DNA of 64,000 nt from Felis catus (GCF_018350175.1 NC_058368.1:35032001-35096000); one strand, 5' to 3'. Counted from the first letter of the stretch, positions 25,268 through 38,350 are shown. Notes: generated by a model from the letters alone, not told the origin. A program made the numbers and translations.

Positions 25268-25827
25268 GAGACAAACAAAAATCAAAGCTTGAGGCCTCAC
25301 CCTTCCTGTTACTAGAACACATTATAAAGTTATAGTAATCAAAACAATATGGCATTAGCATAAATATAGATATATAGACAAATAGAACAGAATAGAAAGA
25401 GCACAAATAAATCCTTGCATACATGGTCAAATGATCTCCAACAAGGGTATAAAGAAAATTCAGTGGGGAAAGGCTAATATCTTCAACAAATGATGCTGGG
25501 AAAACTTAATATTCACCTGTGAAAGAAAGAAATCAGATTCCTACCTTACACCATATATATAATGCAACTCAAAATAGATTAAAGACTTAAACATAAGACC
25601 TAAAAGTATAAAAAAATGTACAGAAGTATAAAAAGTTTATGATATTGGCTTTGGCAATGGTTTCCTAGCTAGGACACTAAAAGCACAGGCAACAAAAGCA
25701 AAAGCAGATAAATGGGACTACATCAAACTTAAAAACTTCTGCACAAAATATCAAAAATTCAACAGAGTAAAAAGGCAACCTATGGAATGGGAGAAAATAT
25801 TTGCAAACCATATATCTGATCAAGGGT

Positions 25828-26364
25828 TGTTGAGAGTTTAGCCGAGTTACTCCATGGTTTTGCTGCCTTGTCATCCATTTTGTTTGGCCAGGCAGTCTGC
25901 AGGGACCTTAAAATGACCCCTCATGCCAGGACATGCCCTAGATACCAGCCTGTAGAGCCACAAGCAAATGTAAGTTCCTGATTATGACTTCCCTAACATC
26001 CCTTATGATCAACAGTATGCCCTGGCCCCCAGTGCCATTCCTTTCTGTGCCCCAAAGATGACCCCACAGGTCTTACCAAAACCTGTTTCCTTGGCTCTTT
26101 TAATTTAAATTTACCAATTTGGCCTTAGCCCAAGAAACCCAAAGCAGTCCATCCATGGACCCTAATAAAAACATATGCCTGGTCCTCTCTCTCTCTCACT
26201 CTGTATTTTTCCTTGACTTCCTATGTGCTCCACTGAGGCTTGCCAGGTATTTCCTCTGGAACTTCTTTATTTCAATTTTTCTTGTGGTCTGTTTTTGAAC
26301 TGTGGCTTCCCATCTGGCACTCTGTGTTCCACTTATCAAGTGCTAATCTGACAGATCCATATCA
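25828..26364 (+). mobile_element. ERV solo LTR (537 bp) inserted in L1
   Basis: TG...CA ends; 5-bp TSD agggt/ggggt; the L1 sequence resumes in register; 'ccaat' then TATA-like 'taataaaa' at about 26163. Strand is inferred from these motifs. Confidence 0.8.
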
Positions 26365-26675
26365 GGGGTTAGTATTCAGAGTACATTAAGAACTCCTACA
26401 ACTTAACAACAACAACAAAATAACCAGATCATCAGGGAAATGTGAGTCCCGAGTTATCACCTCATGTCTTGTTAGGGTGACCACCATCAAAACAAACACA
26501 AACACAAAACAAACAACAAAAAATAACTAGTGTTGACAAGGACATAGAGAAATTGGAAACCTTATTCACCACTGACGGAAGTGTAAAATGGTGCAGCTTC
26601 TATGGAAAACAGCATGGAGGTTCCTCAAATAATTAAAAATAGAACAACCATATGATCCAGTAATCTCATTTCTGG

Positions 26676-26680
<5 letters not shown>

Positions 26681-26726
<46 letters not shown>
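26681..26726. repeat. (TA)n microsatellite
   Basis: Perfect TA run inside the L1. Confidence 0.97.
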
Positions 26727-26728
<2 letters not shown>

Positions 26729-27314
26729 GGAATTGAAATCACTAGGTCAAAGTGATATTTGTACACCGTCTGTTCAAGCATTATTCACAACAGCCAAGAG
26801 GTAGAAGCAATCTAAATGTCTACTGATGAGACAAATTGATAAAGAAAGTGTGGTGTTTACATATAGTGAAGTATTATTCAGCCTTTAAAAGGAAGGAAAT
26901 CCTGTCATAGGTACAACAGGGATGAACCTTGAGGAGATTATGCTAAGTGAAATAACCCAGTCACAAGAGATAAATACTCTATGGTTCCACTTAAATGAGA
27001 TATCCAAAGTAGTCAAACTCTTAGAAAGTGAAACAGTGGTTGCTAGGAGCTCAGCGAAGGGGGAAAATGGGAGATGGTCTTCAAAGGATACAGAATTTGA
27101 GTTTTGCAAGATGAAAAAGTTCCACCTATCTGCTGCACAACAATATGCAAACACTACTGCACTATAAACTTATTAAAAATGAATAAGATAGTAAATTATA
27201 TGTGTTTTTTGCTACAATTTAAAAAAAAAGGATAAATGAAATGTTAGCTAGGAATGAGTATGTTTTCCCATTGCATGCCTTTACTGTGATCCAAAATTGC
27301 TCAACTATAATAAA

Positions 27315-27500
27315 AGTTTACATGTACTGAAGGTTCACCACATGTTGGGTGCAAAGAAGCTGACAGAGATTGTTTATATTTCTATCCTACCAAAGAGGAG
27401 GACATCAAGGTTTAGAGGATTAAGTATTTTGCCTAAAGTAACATGCCTCATAAATAGTTACATTATTATTCAAATTAAGTACATCTGATGCCAAATAAGC
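27315..27500 (-). mobile_element. MIR fragment
   Basis: 'gaggacatcaaggtttagaggattaagtattttgcctaaagtaacatg'. Confidence 0.65.
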
Positions 27501-27688
27501 ACCGAAATCTATGATCTAGTTTTCTGTTATTGTCGTTTTTGCTTTGTGTTTTTAGCTGACATGTTAAAATCTATATGATGAATACTTGGCAGAGGAAACC
27601 TCCTTGGTCTAGTGAGTTTTAGTAATTTTGCCAAGCTCATTATGAAGGTTATAACTACATAGTTAATTTTATTTATAATATATAATAT

Positions 27689-27732
27689 GTATATACCTAT
27701 AGAATAAATAGTATATACCTATAGAATAAACA
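27689..27732. repeat. 22-bp tandem duplication
   Basis: gtatatacctatagaataaa(t/c)a twice. Confidence 0.9.
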
Positions 27733-27759
27733 TAGACCTATGTAGCATCAGCATGACCT

Positions 27760-27970
27760 GAAATACTGCCTCTAATAATATTCATCTCATTTGACCCTTT
27801 CTACAACTTTTTCTCGCACGGTGTATTTGGTGTGAGGAGTGACGGAATATTACTTCATTTTGTTGATGAAGAAACTGCAATTAGGAGACATTGAAGTATT
27901 TGAGTTTATCAAGGTAAATCTTCTGTTAATAGTAGAAGCAAAACAAAACCCACCTCTTCTTGCTCTTTGT
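27760..27970 (-). mobile_element. MIR fragment
   Basis: 'tattacttcattttgttgatgaagaaactg'. Confidence 0.6.
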
Positions 27971-28211
27971 TCAGGCCCTTCCCCAAAAGCTATCTGTTAC
28001 CATTTGGCAACTTTTGCCTTTGTGAAAAAGATTCTAAAAGTGTCCTCAATGCTTCACATGAACTGAAAAGATGAAGCACAAGCTTTCAAAAACCTTTCTA
28101 GGGGTGGGCTATTTATGATTCTACTTTTTTTTCTCCTAGAAGGTTCTTTCTCATCTACATTAACAGCACTTGGATGAAAAAAAATGTATAAGGCTTGTTT
28201 GAAAATATTTT

Positions 28212-28432
28212 GGAGCGCCTGGGTGGCTCAGTCAGTTAAGTGACTGACTTCAGCTCAGGTCATGATCTCGCAATTCGTGAATTCGAGCCCCGCGTCAGGC
28301 TCTGTGCTGACAGCTCAGAGCAGCTCAGAGCCTGGAGCCTGTTTTGGATTCTGTGTCTCCCTCTATCTCTGACCCTTTCCCGTTCACGCTCTCTCTCTCT
28401 CCTTCAAAAGTAAATGAACATTATTTTTTTTT
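28212..28432 (+). mobile_element. Young felid-type Can-SINE (SINEC_Fc-like)
   Basis: Several CpGs retained; 'gctcagagcctggagcctg' segment; TSD 'aaatattt'. Confidence 0.96.
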
Positions 28433-30639
28433 AAATATTTAAAAGCAAAACTCTATCCATGTGCCACTTATACATTTATGGAAATAGAAATTACCGCTTC
28501 CATCTGTATATTCCTTTATCACTCAATTCATGGTACCCCAAGTTTTCCTCAGGATGTCTTAGATTTAAGTTTGTTTATTTATCCGTTGTTTTAAATGCTC
28601 TCCCACCCCAGTATTGGCGTTTCAGTGTAAATGACACCCTGCATCATTCTGCTATGTCTTGCTGCCTTAGCTCTGCTTAGTGATTTATTGTTCCCAGACA
28701 GCTCTGATTCTTCTGGCCTTCCAACACAGTAGATGTGCTTCCTCAGCTGTTTATGTGATTCTCTGACAATATTGTGTGTACCGCAAGCCAACTAAGAAGA
28801 GGCTTTAGCTTCTTAGCTTCTTCTAATTATTCTGATTTGTACAGGTTTAAAGTCAATTGAACAGAGGCAGACAGAGGATCAGTCTCAGCTTGTTCCATTT
28901 TTTTTAAGATTGATCTCTTCTACCTATCTGTGTCTTGTAAGAATAGTATTCATTTTACTCTTTTAATGTATGAGTGACTCAATATTTAACTATCCTTGCA
29001 CTGTATGTAATCTCTCTTTTTCCTTTCAGCTTCCATTCTATTAGTCCTTTTAAAATGACATTTAAAAAAATATCTGTGGGGTTAATTGAGGTATAGATCT
29101 TATTGGAGACATAAGTGTCACTTTTCTGCCTATCTCCTTTACATTCTTTAAAACTATTTATGGAATTATAATATGTGGAGAAGGTAATATGTAGATTAGG
29201 AATATCAGCTACTACAAAGAATGGAAAATCCAAAGCCAGACAGAAATCTACTTAGGTCAATTACATGTTAGTTGGCAAAATTAACATATAGAATTTTGAG
29301 AAGGGATTGAGAGGAGCAAATGGATAAAGATGAAAATATATAGTTGGGGGAATGAATTTTGAGTCATTATTCATCCAAAATTTAGGAGGTGGCTGCCTAT
29401 GTCACATGGGTTAACTTTATTTTTTTTGTTGTTTTCAATTTGTCCTTAATGGTTGGCTTTTGTTCTCTATTTCTTTGTTCTCCAAAACTAGATGATAAAA
29501 AGCTCTAACTAAGAACTTCATATATGGACAGCATCATATGCACAGTAACGGCTAAATGGCTGATGAGAAATTGTATGCATGCTTTAATTTCTCAAAAATA
29601 TTGTGGTGTGATTTAATTTCAAAATGTACTAGATATACTACATGGGTCTTTGAAGGCTCTCTACCCCACACCCCCCAAAAAATTCTTGAAAAAGTCTTCT
29701 TTTATTCAAGTAAGAACACAAGTACTAATCATAATTTGTCTTATACTGAGTTAAATTTTAGCCTTCTTTTTAATAGTATTATCCTCTAAAGATAGTGTTC
29801 AAATTTATTGCAGATTAAATTCCTAGAAAAGTAATTGTAATTTGAAGTAATGATACTTACACTTTATTTTCTCATTTGAACAAAATTATAATAGGAAGTT
29901 ACATTTCTAACCCTGAGAGGGCCGGATGTCCATTTTTATAGAAGTCGCCACAAATAACACATTTAATCAACTTTAAATGATACACCTATATAATCTGAGG
30001 CTTCTAAAGATATATATACTGGGAAAGAAGAACACCACAGTAAGCCATCATATAAAATTGCATTTAATGTAATAGAGTGCAGCAGAATACATTACTATTT
30101 TAATGTATTTAAAAGACTTAAAATAATGGCTATATGGTAGAAAAAGGGCCAAGCATTTCAAAGGCACAGAGCCCAGGTCTTTAAACTTGAGATCCCATGC
30201 CACGGTACCTTATAGGTCAGAGTCAGGCTCCTAACCCAAAACTTCTCTGCCCAGGGTGTTCTCAATTCCTAGAAACAATGCCTAAGTTAATGAGAACAGA
30301 GACTAACTCCTTTGAAAACCTTTGTGAGCAAATCAGACTTCACATCCAGATTATTCTCATCCCCAAGCAGAATGTAAATACCTTCAAGTATCTGTACCAT
30401 CCCATATTGTTGTCCCATCTAATCCGTGTGTCTTCTCTCCTAAATTTGCCTCACAGTGCTTCTCCCTCCTTGAGCTTTCCACTCAGACCCCTGGTTTCAT
30501 TGAAAGTTCTAACATCTTTCCTTAGTAAAAATACTATCTCCCTAAAGATACAACCAGCCCTAAAACACAAGTGGAAGTTGTTTGTAGAGGAGGCTAGTCT
30601 TTTTATCAAAAACTCTTTTCTTTTCATCTTGGCCACATG

Positions 30640-31245
30640 TCCTCACGGTCCTTGTGGCTAGGTGTGACCATCTGGCTGCATTCTAGTGCAGGCAGGAACT
30701 GTTGAGCGCTGCTCTCAGTCCTGAACCATTAAAAACGTTCTATTTTCAATCTTCCAAAGAATCATTCCCTTTCCTATGACTACAATGAACACCACTCCAG
30801 AGAAGTCTTGGGGACCATCTGATGAGATGGTAATAGAGGGGCACCTGGGTGGCTCAGTTGGTTAAGTGACCAGCTCTTGATTTTGGCTCAGGTCACAATC
30901 TGGGACAGTTCTTGAGATCAGGCCCATCACGGCTCTGTGCTGACAGTGAGGAATCTGCTCAGGATTCTCTCCCCCTCTCTCTCTGCCCCTCCACCACTGG
31001 TGTGGATGCATGCTCTCTCTCTCTCTCTCAAAATAAATAAATAAACATTAAAAAAAAAAAAAAAAAAGATGGTTATAGAGCCATTGGTGAAAGGAACCCA
31101 GGTACCTAAACTATTTCTTGGAGGAATGCCAGTCAGGAAAACTGACGACTGGGACTGTTACATGAGTATACAGTAAATCATTTTTATTTTAAGTCACAAC
31201 ATTACAGATGTTTTTCTGTTACAGCAGCTAATGGTGCCTAATGAA
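30640..31245 (+). mobile_element. MaLR LTR (MLT1G/H-like), split by a SINE
   Basis: 'gggactgttacatgagt...taagtcac...ttctgttacagcagcta'; 5' boundary uncertain. Confidence 0.6.
30839..31066 (+). mobile_element. Can-SINE
   Basis: Head, CT tract, poly(A); 14-bp TSD agatggt(a/t)atagag. Confidence 0.97.
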
Positions 31246-31329
31246 TGCATTGAAAATTTCACCCACACCAAAGTCCCTTCGAGGCACTTTTTACCACCTT
31301 TTTTTTTTTTTTATTATTCCTTAATGCCC

Positions 31330-32800
31330 CTAGATTTTTTGCCTTTCATCTCCAGTAAGTTTCACCTCCCCTCCTCTTTGGTTTCCTTTTTCATCATCCC
31401 AATGGGAATTTATCATTACCCAGAACATCCACACCCATGAGATACTAAATTCAAACATTCCAGTAGCAAGTCACAGCCTCCATTTCACTCACTCATTTGG
31501 CGACTCTTCCTTACTTTGCTTCCTTTTCATCTGTAGGTCATATTCCTTCCTTTGACCCCTCTCCTTCCTCTCTCCACTCCCTTAACCGTCCTCACTGCCT
31601 CTTGCTTAGATTAAATGCTCCAGCACTTCCATCACCTTCTTCTCAGTATTGGCAACTCCATTTGCCAATTGAACCTCCTCAGCAGATTAGTGGCACTCAC
31701 CTGAGTGGATTGGTACCTCTATCAATTCAAGGTCTCTGATGTCAATTAAGCTCTCAATGTGCCCGGGAACAATTCTGTGTTTTCCTAATTAATTTCTTCT
31801 CCTTTTATTCAAACCTTCTACATTTCCCTAAATCTATGATGCTGCCACCATGCCTCTCTCCCAACCAATGGCCTGTTTCTCACTACACAGAGGAAACAGA
31901 AGTTTCTAGAAGGAATCCTGTAATAATTTCCTGCTGTGAAACCTAAATTTAATTCACATCTTGTCACAATAGAAAATACGACTCTTAATATAATCTTTAA
32001 CACATGATTGGAATCTTTAAGGATTGCTAGATAAAATACAAGATGCCCAGTTAAATTTGAATTTCAGGTAATATTGTTTTGGTATAAGTCCCTAGCAATA
32101 TTTGGAACATACTTATGCTAAAAAATTATTTATCATTTACCTGAAATACAAGTTTTTCTGAAATCCTGGTTTTCTGTCTTATTTTTTACTAAACATGTCA
32201 GCCCAGTTTACTCCACTTCTACCCTTTATCCAACTTCTCACTAAATACTCCATTCTCGTTTGTGTCTTCAGTACAACAATTCTAATGGTTATTCCTCAAG
32301 AACATTTGTCATACTCACTTATCTCCTAAACTAAATGATTCTACTTCGGCCCCATGTTCCTCTCCACCAACTCCCTTTCTCTGTCTTCCTCTTTACACTC
32401 CATTGGCAGTTATATATGCACACTGTCTCCTCGTTTGACTTGAAGTTCACCAATATACTGAAATTTCTCTCATCAAAGTTAACATTAATTTTGCAAAATC
32501 ATATGGACACTTAGTATTTACCTTACTTGATCTTTAAGTAGCATCTGACACTAGTGACCTGCTCCTAGTTTCTTGAACTACTGTCTTTCTTGGACATTCA
32601 TGACACTGGAGTCTCCTTGTTTTTGACTTTCTGATCTTCTCAGCTTATTTTCAGGCTATTCTCTTCTTCCCAAGCTCAACAGCCAGTGTTACCAGGAGGT
32701 CTGCTTTGTTTTAGGCCCACTCTCCTTCATACACTCTCTTTAGAAAAGCATACATCCCCAAGGCTTCAATCATCATTTGTATCATAGAGAAGTCTCAACC
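31330..32800 (+). mobile_element. Decayed L2 internal (ORF2) region
   Basis: Pyrimidine-rich; 'tacttgatctttaagtagcatctgacactagtgacc' reads as LDL*VASDTSD, compared with the L2 RT motif LDLSAAFDTVD. Confidence 0.65.
32018..32205. mobile_element. MER53-like hAT MITE
   Basis: 'aggattgctagataaaatacaagatgcccagttaaatttgaatttcag...catacttatgctaaaaaattatt' with internal palindromic structure. Confidence 0.85.
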
Positions 32801-33099
32801 ACACATCAAAAATGGGCTAAGAAACCAGGTGGCTTCATTTTGAGAGACTCTATTCATGGTGAGGACACCATCTTAAGGGCTTTTGTTCTGGATGGAATGT
32901 TTGTTTTCAATTTAATACAGTTCTGATAAATATCTTCAGTCTCTTAGAGAAGATATGGACTATCCAATGCCTTTATTATTCTAGGTAACTGACAATACCC
33001 ACTGTGGCCATATTGCAAAACCTCTCCATTGTTGTGAATGAATTTAAGCAGCCAACATAAATCCACAAAAACTTTCACCACAATAACCAATACAAAATA

Positions 33100-33700
33100 G
33101 AGGCTTTTTTATTCCAGGAGAGTGGTGTAGGAAATCTTTGGCTAAATTCTTTGAAGGATAATGGCTCCCTAATCCATATCATATGTTTAATGATTTTTTT
33201 TTTCCTATCTCTTGGAAAAAGGATGTAAACATCAAATTATAAGATTAAGTCTAGTTCATGAGAGCTCCCAGAAAATCTGTGTGTAACTTTCTTAGAAAGA
33301 TGAATATCATATAATTAAATTAAGTGAAACTTGTGAGGCTTGCAAAATTTATATGAGAATTTTTTGGCCAAATGTGTGACAGGTTTTGTTCACTGATGCC
33401 ATTAAAAAAACAAGAGATCTGCCTTTGAAACTGCCTCAAATGATCCACTAGAGGAATGACTGGCTGCCTTCACTGTCAATCCTTGGGTCTAGGAGACAAT
33501 ATTAACAATGTCTAGACTACCGGAGACCCACTGGTTGCTAGCTTTCTGCCTCATGGCTTATTGACAATAACTAAAAGTTAGGCCAACCCTAGAGAAAAGA
33601 GCTATTCATTATTTTGTCAAATGCTTAACAGAGAGATATGCAGAGAATAATGAGTTAAATGATCCATAGCCACTAGGATGTTGCATAGACATTGGCTGTG
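33100..33700 (+). mobile_element. Probable ancient RTE-clade LINE (L4-like) reverse-transcriptase relic
   Basis: Ordered degenerate motifs by manual translation: FIPGEWCRKSLAKFF (33108-33152), FPISWKK (33201-33221), NYKI/SLV (33235-33256, with a frameshift), CLTERYAENNEL...GC (33622-33681). Confidence 0.5.
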
Positions 33701-33824
33701 TACAGTTCTAAAACAAGATTTCTAGGCATTATGTAGTCTTCCTTGCCTCTAAGCATTCCTTTTTATTAGGTAGTACTTTCTTCTCCCTGCCTTGGTATGC
33801 AGAAATACTCTTCTCATTTGGGGC

Positions 33825-33864
33825 AAAAAAAAAAAAAAAAAAAAAAAAAGAAAAGAAAAAAAAA
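33825..33864. repeat. Poly(A) / A-rich run
   Basis: Visible directly in the sequence. Confidence 0.9.
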
Positions 33865-33997
33865 GATATTCCATGAGCTTCAGAATGTGTTCCCTCCCAT
33901 TGTCCCATCATCACACCTTTAATTATGGGACTATACATTTTGGAGTGGAAGCAACTACTTTCATAGCAAATTTATATGGCATTATAATATTTATAAC

Positions 33998-34191
33998 CAG
34001 TTCTTCAACTTGAGACTTCTCAACATGTTCCCGGGGGTGGAGAGAGGCTACTCTGTGCGTTGCAGGATGGCCTCTACCTATGCAATGCTAGTAGCATCCA
34101 TATCCAAGTTGGGACCACAAAAGATGTCTTCAGGCATGGCCAAGTGCCCCCCTCTTTGGGAGGGGGAAAGTGCCCCAGTTTGAGAACCACT
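33998..34191 (-). mobile_element. MER20-like hAT-Charlie DNA transposon
   Basis: 'tggcctctacctatgcaatgctagtagcatcc...aaaagatgtcttcaggcatggccaagtgcccc...ttgagaaccact'. Confidence 0.85.
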
Positions 34192-35245
34192 ATTTTATAC
34201 AATATCCCATTAATATGTGATAATATCTGCCATTTCCCAGACAGTGCTGCTCTTCCACATCTCAGAAGGTTCATATCCTTACCTGAAGTGAATGTTTCTT
34301 CTCATCCATTAATATATACACCTCCAAAATGAATCAGTAGGTTCTTCACCAATCTACCATGGTTATACAGGAATTCCACTGAAGGACTTCAGTTACACAA
34401 GCCAGGGCTTCTATCATTTTTTAGGCTATTATCCTCTTGGCCTTTCCAGATAACTCTTAATGCCTCACAAGAAAGGTATCCATTGACTGAGAGCAGGGTG
34501 GTAGCATGTATATTCTCTTTGCTCATTCCTGAGAAAGAAAAAAATGCTGATGAGAATTATCAAGATTTACCAACAAGTGTTATGTCCAATCTGAGGTCAG
34601 TAAGGGAAATCATAAGCAGGACAGTCATATTGGTTGAAACTTAAATGATATTCTGTCCACAGAGTCCTTAAATATGTCTGGGATGGCACAATTGAGCACT
34701 AGTTAGATGAGTAGTATACCCCAGCTCACTGTCAACTTGTCTGTGACTGTTGCAAATTCAGTTTCTTTTTCACCACCATCCTCCTGATATCATTCTGCCC
34801 CCATTCCTTCCAAGCTGGTATCCATGTTTGTTGGAGTCAGCAAATTAAATTCAAAAACATTTGCTAGTTGTTTCACAATTTAGGAGTCTGCTCATTGAAA
34901 CTGCTACCCATCTCGTGCTCTAGAGGCCTGTATATCTAGGAATACATTATAATCAACAGTTAGCAAGGAGGCTCCACACTGTTTTCTCATTGCCAGCTAA
35001 AACTTTAAAGAATCATTTCTCATGTTCTTATAAATTGTTTCCAAAAATGATTATATCAACCACACACATCTACCAACAGTTCTTATTCCTAACTACTTTT
35101 CCATCAACTTCTCTGAAAGGTAGCAAGGTTTTTGGAGATGCTAATGAAACTACTTTCAAACTGAAAAAAAAAAATCATAATAAAATAAAATCTTTTAACC
35201 CATGACAAATAAAGGCTGTCTTCTTTTCCTTAGAAATAGGTGTCT

Positions 35246-35469
35246 GGGGCACCTGGGTGGCTCAGTGAGTTGAGCATCTGACTCTTGGTTTCGGCTCAGG
35301 TCATGATCTCACAGCTTCATGGGTTCGAGCCCTGCATTGGGTTCTGCACGGGCAATGCGGAGAATGCTTGAGAGTCTCTCTCTCTCTCCCTCCCCCTCTC
35401 TCTGGCCCTTCCCCAGTTGTGCTGTTTCTGTCTCTCTCAAAATAAAAACAAATATACTTTTAAAAAAAA
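35246..35469 (+). mobile_element. Can-SINE
   Basis: A-box and B-box ('gggttcgagccc') recognisable; perfect TSD 'agaaataggtgtct'. Confidence 0.97.
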
Positions 35470-36479
35470 AGAAATAGGTGTCTGGTAATACTCTTCAAAG
35501 TCAACACTGAAAATACCTATCTTTCTACCAGGCCACAAGGATATCTGGATTCCAGCTATGTGTTTAGTGACTGAAAATTCAAATATATAATATTTTTTCT
35601 AGATTTCTTGGATATCACCTTGACCAGAAATAAACCTGAAAATCCAGAATAATGTCATTCATTAGCATTTCATTTATCTGGACTCTTAATCATTGACCTT
35701 TGTCAAAGTGATCTTCCTTGAATATTCCCTAAATCACACAGTGTCCAGCATTCTGTTTATTTATACCTTGTTAATGGAGAAAGAACCTGTGATTCCTAGT
35801 TTATAACCTCCCCGGCAATCTTCCCTCCAATTCTGCAATGCTGGGAAATCAGGTAAGTCAAAGCTATATAAATTTAATTCCAAAGCACCTTTTCCCCATC
35901 AGAAGCCTAACAATTGGGACTAATCAGAGACTGACCTGTGCCATTTGACTTCTAATTGATGCTCTTTATTACCCCAGAGACCACGTATGGGGAATTTAAC
36001 TAAACATTGCTTTATTCCTGTCCAATTTGTAGTAAGACTACATGAGTTCACTTATTTCAATCAGGTTTCCAAAGGCCTGACAGAACCCACAAAGGAACAT
36101 GTATCATTCATGTCATGACTAAAATATGACAGTGACTAGAGTTCCACTATTTGCCATTTCAACAATTCAGATAAATGCTCCACAAAAGTAACACACTGGT
36201 CTTTGACATCAGAGTGTATAATGTGTATCAAAAAATACCTCCCCATGTGGAATCCCGAAGGATCAATAAGAAAGTATTTATTTTGGGCTCACATTAGTAT
36301 GATTCATATGAAATCTACCCTGGGGATACAGTCAGGAGTGCCCACTGTATTCCATCACATAGACATCTGCTCCTGCCCCTGATTCTTAAAATGCAAATCG
36401 GACCTTTTCCTCCTATAGGTTTCCATGAGGGAACTCATACCTGAGATCTCAGTGAGCACATATGCCTCCCCAAACTCCA

Positions 36480-37130
36480 TGCACTCCCTATCTCATTTCC
36501 TCTCCCCCTTCAATCTTATCAATCCCCCCCAAAAAAAGCTCTTGTTCTGTCACTTAAACATTACTACTTCAGAACAAAACCACTGTCTTCTTTCCCTGAA
36601 CTGCCATAATAGTCTTCTCATTGGTCCTCCTATAATCGTTAGTGTTTCCTTATAGTTTCTTTTCCACACAGAGGTCATACGATTTTTTTTAATGTAAATC
36701 AGATTTTTCCTCTTTTAAAACCATCTAGTAGCTTCCCATCACTTAGAATCAAACCCAAACAATCTGCCAAAACCTAAAATAGCCATCATAATCTGTGGTC
36801 TTGCCTCTCTCCTCTTCAATGGATTCTACCAAGGGACTTTCATTCTCATCCTGACACACACCTTGCTTGGTCCTTATGCCCACTGACTTCTTTCCTCTGA
36901 GGTTAGCTCCTCATCATTCAGGTCTTTGTCCAAAGTCACCTCAGAAAGGCATCCTAGGAACTCTATCAAAAACGTACCCTCTCCTTGCCAGATACTCTAA
37001 TTTCTTCAGGGAAATTATCACTTTCTGAGTTGTTTTAATAACTTGTTAACTTCCCAAGGCACGAACACTCTGTGGTTCACCACTGTCAGCATCTGTTGTA
37101 TATGAGGTATACCATTAAAAACCAATAAAG
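36480..37130 (+). mobile_element. L2 3' region
   Basis: 'aatgtaaatcagat', 'gcttcccatcacttagaatcaaacccaaac', 'tcatcattcaggtct...aaagtcacctcagaaaggcatcc'. Confidence 0.8.
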
Positions 37131-37190
37131 ACACACCTGTGAGGGAAACAGTAATATTAGGAGAAAGCTAGATACGAACTCTAGAAAGAG

Positions 37191-37592
37191 GCAATGGGCT
37201 GAGTTATGTACCGCAATAATTCATACGGTGAAGTTTTGACACCTAGTACCTCAGAATGTGATTTTATTTGGAGAATGGGTCTTTAAAGAGGTAAATCAAG
37301 TTAAAATGGGGGCATTATTGTGGGCCCTAATCCAATATGGCTGGTGTCCTTATAAGAAAAGGAAAATTTGGACACAGACATAGATAGAAGACCATATGAA
37401 GACATAGTTGAGAAGATGGCCATCTACGAGCCAAAAAGAAAGGCTTCAGAAGAAACCAACCCACCTGACATCTTGATCTTGGACTTCTAGCATTCAAAAT
37501 TAGAAAACAACAAAAAACAAAAAATACAAAGTCCTATTGTGTAAGCCACCCAGTTTGTGGTACTTTGTTATTGTGGACCCCACAAATTATAC
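37191..37592 (+). mobile_element. MaLR solo LTR (MLT1B-like)
   Basis: 'cctagtacctcagaatgtga...gtgggccctaatccaatatggctggtgtccttataagaaaagga...taagccacccagtttgtggtactttgtta'. Confidence 0.92.
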
Positions 37593-38088
37593 AGTAGGGA
37601 ATTTTGCTTTTCAGAGAGCATGGTAAGCTGGGTGACTTGAGATGTGCAGTGGTTAAAACCCTGAATCAAATTAGAGGATGCTTGGGGAAAAAATGACAAT
37701 AGAAATTTAGTAATATTGAATGACTTGGAAGATTTGGACTTCTTGTATTTACTGAAGAAAACAGAGATGTACACTATACTAGGATTAATACTGATGATCT
37801 TTCATGGAAAGGAATATATTCAAATCTGAGTACACTGTGCATATTGGGACTATCCTTTTAGATGGTTAAAAATGAAGAGGTAAGAAGTATTAGAGTATGC
37901 ACAGTCTTATCACCATATGATTACTAATTCAGAATCATTGCTAAAAGAAGGATTTCTGGTACATACAAATAGAAATACTTTATTTAATTTGATGAGATAG
38001 CTAAAGAAATAAGTAGTATTTGACAATATTGTTAAAGAATTTAGAACGAACCAATGCCTAGAGCTGTAAGTTTGATTAAAAAAAAATT

Positions 38089-38350
38089 GGAGCTCCTCGA
38101 CGGCTCAGTCAGCTCAGTGTCCAACTCCTGCTTTCTACTCAAGTCATGATCTTACAATGCGTGGTATTGAGCCCCACATCAGACCCCTGCTGACAGCACT
38201 GTCTGACTCTACAGCTCCACACTGACAGCGTGGAGGCTGCTTGGGATTCTCTCTCTCTCCCTCTCTCTCTGCCCCTCCCCTGCTCATGTGTGCACACTCT
38301 CTCCCTCTCTCTTAAAATAAACAAACATTTTAAAAATATATAAAAATTAA
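38089..38350 (+). mobile_element. Can-SINE with an internal insertion
   Basis: Head 'cggctcagtcag', CT tract, tail; about 30 extra bp between two 'ctgacagc' copies. Confidence 0.93.

Larger units (their letters stand above)
24833..27230 (+). mobile_element. 5'-truncated L1 (L1MA10/L1MB-like): late ORF2 and 3' UTR, hosting a SINE, an LTR and microsatellites
   Basis: 'acagattcaatgaaatcactatcaaaatccca', 'atgggagaaaatatttgcaaaccatatatctgat', 3' UTR 'gttttgcaagatgaaaaagttc', short poly(A). Confidence 0.92.

Noticed and set aside
30197..30661. 154-aa ATG ORF in non-repeat sequence
   Set aside because: No recognisable domain, Leu/Ser-rich composition typical of chance ORFs, and no convincing splice sites; a homology search would be needed to exclude it fully
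35246..35330. tRNA-like A and B boxes (here and in the other SINE heads)
   Set aside because: They are followed by a SINE body, CT tract, A-tail and TSD, so they are not tRNA genes
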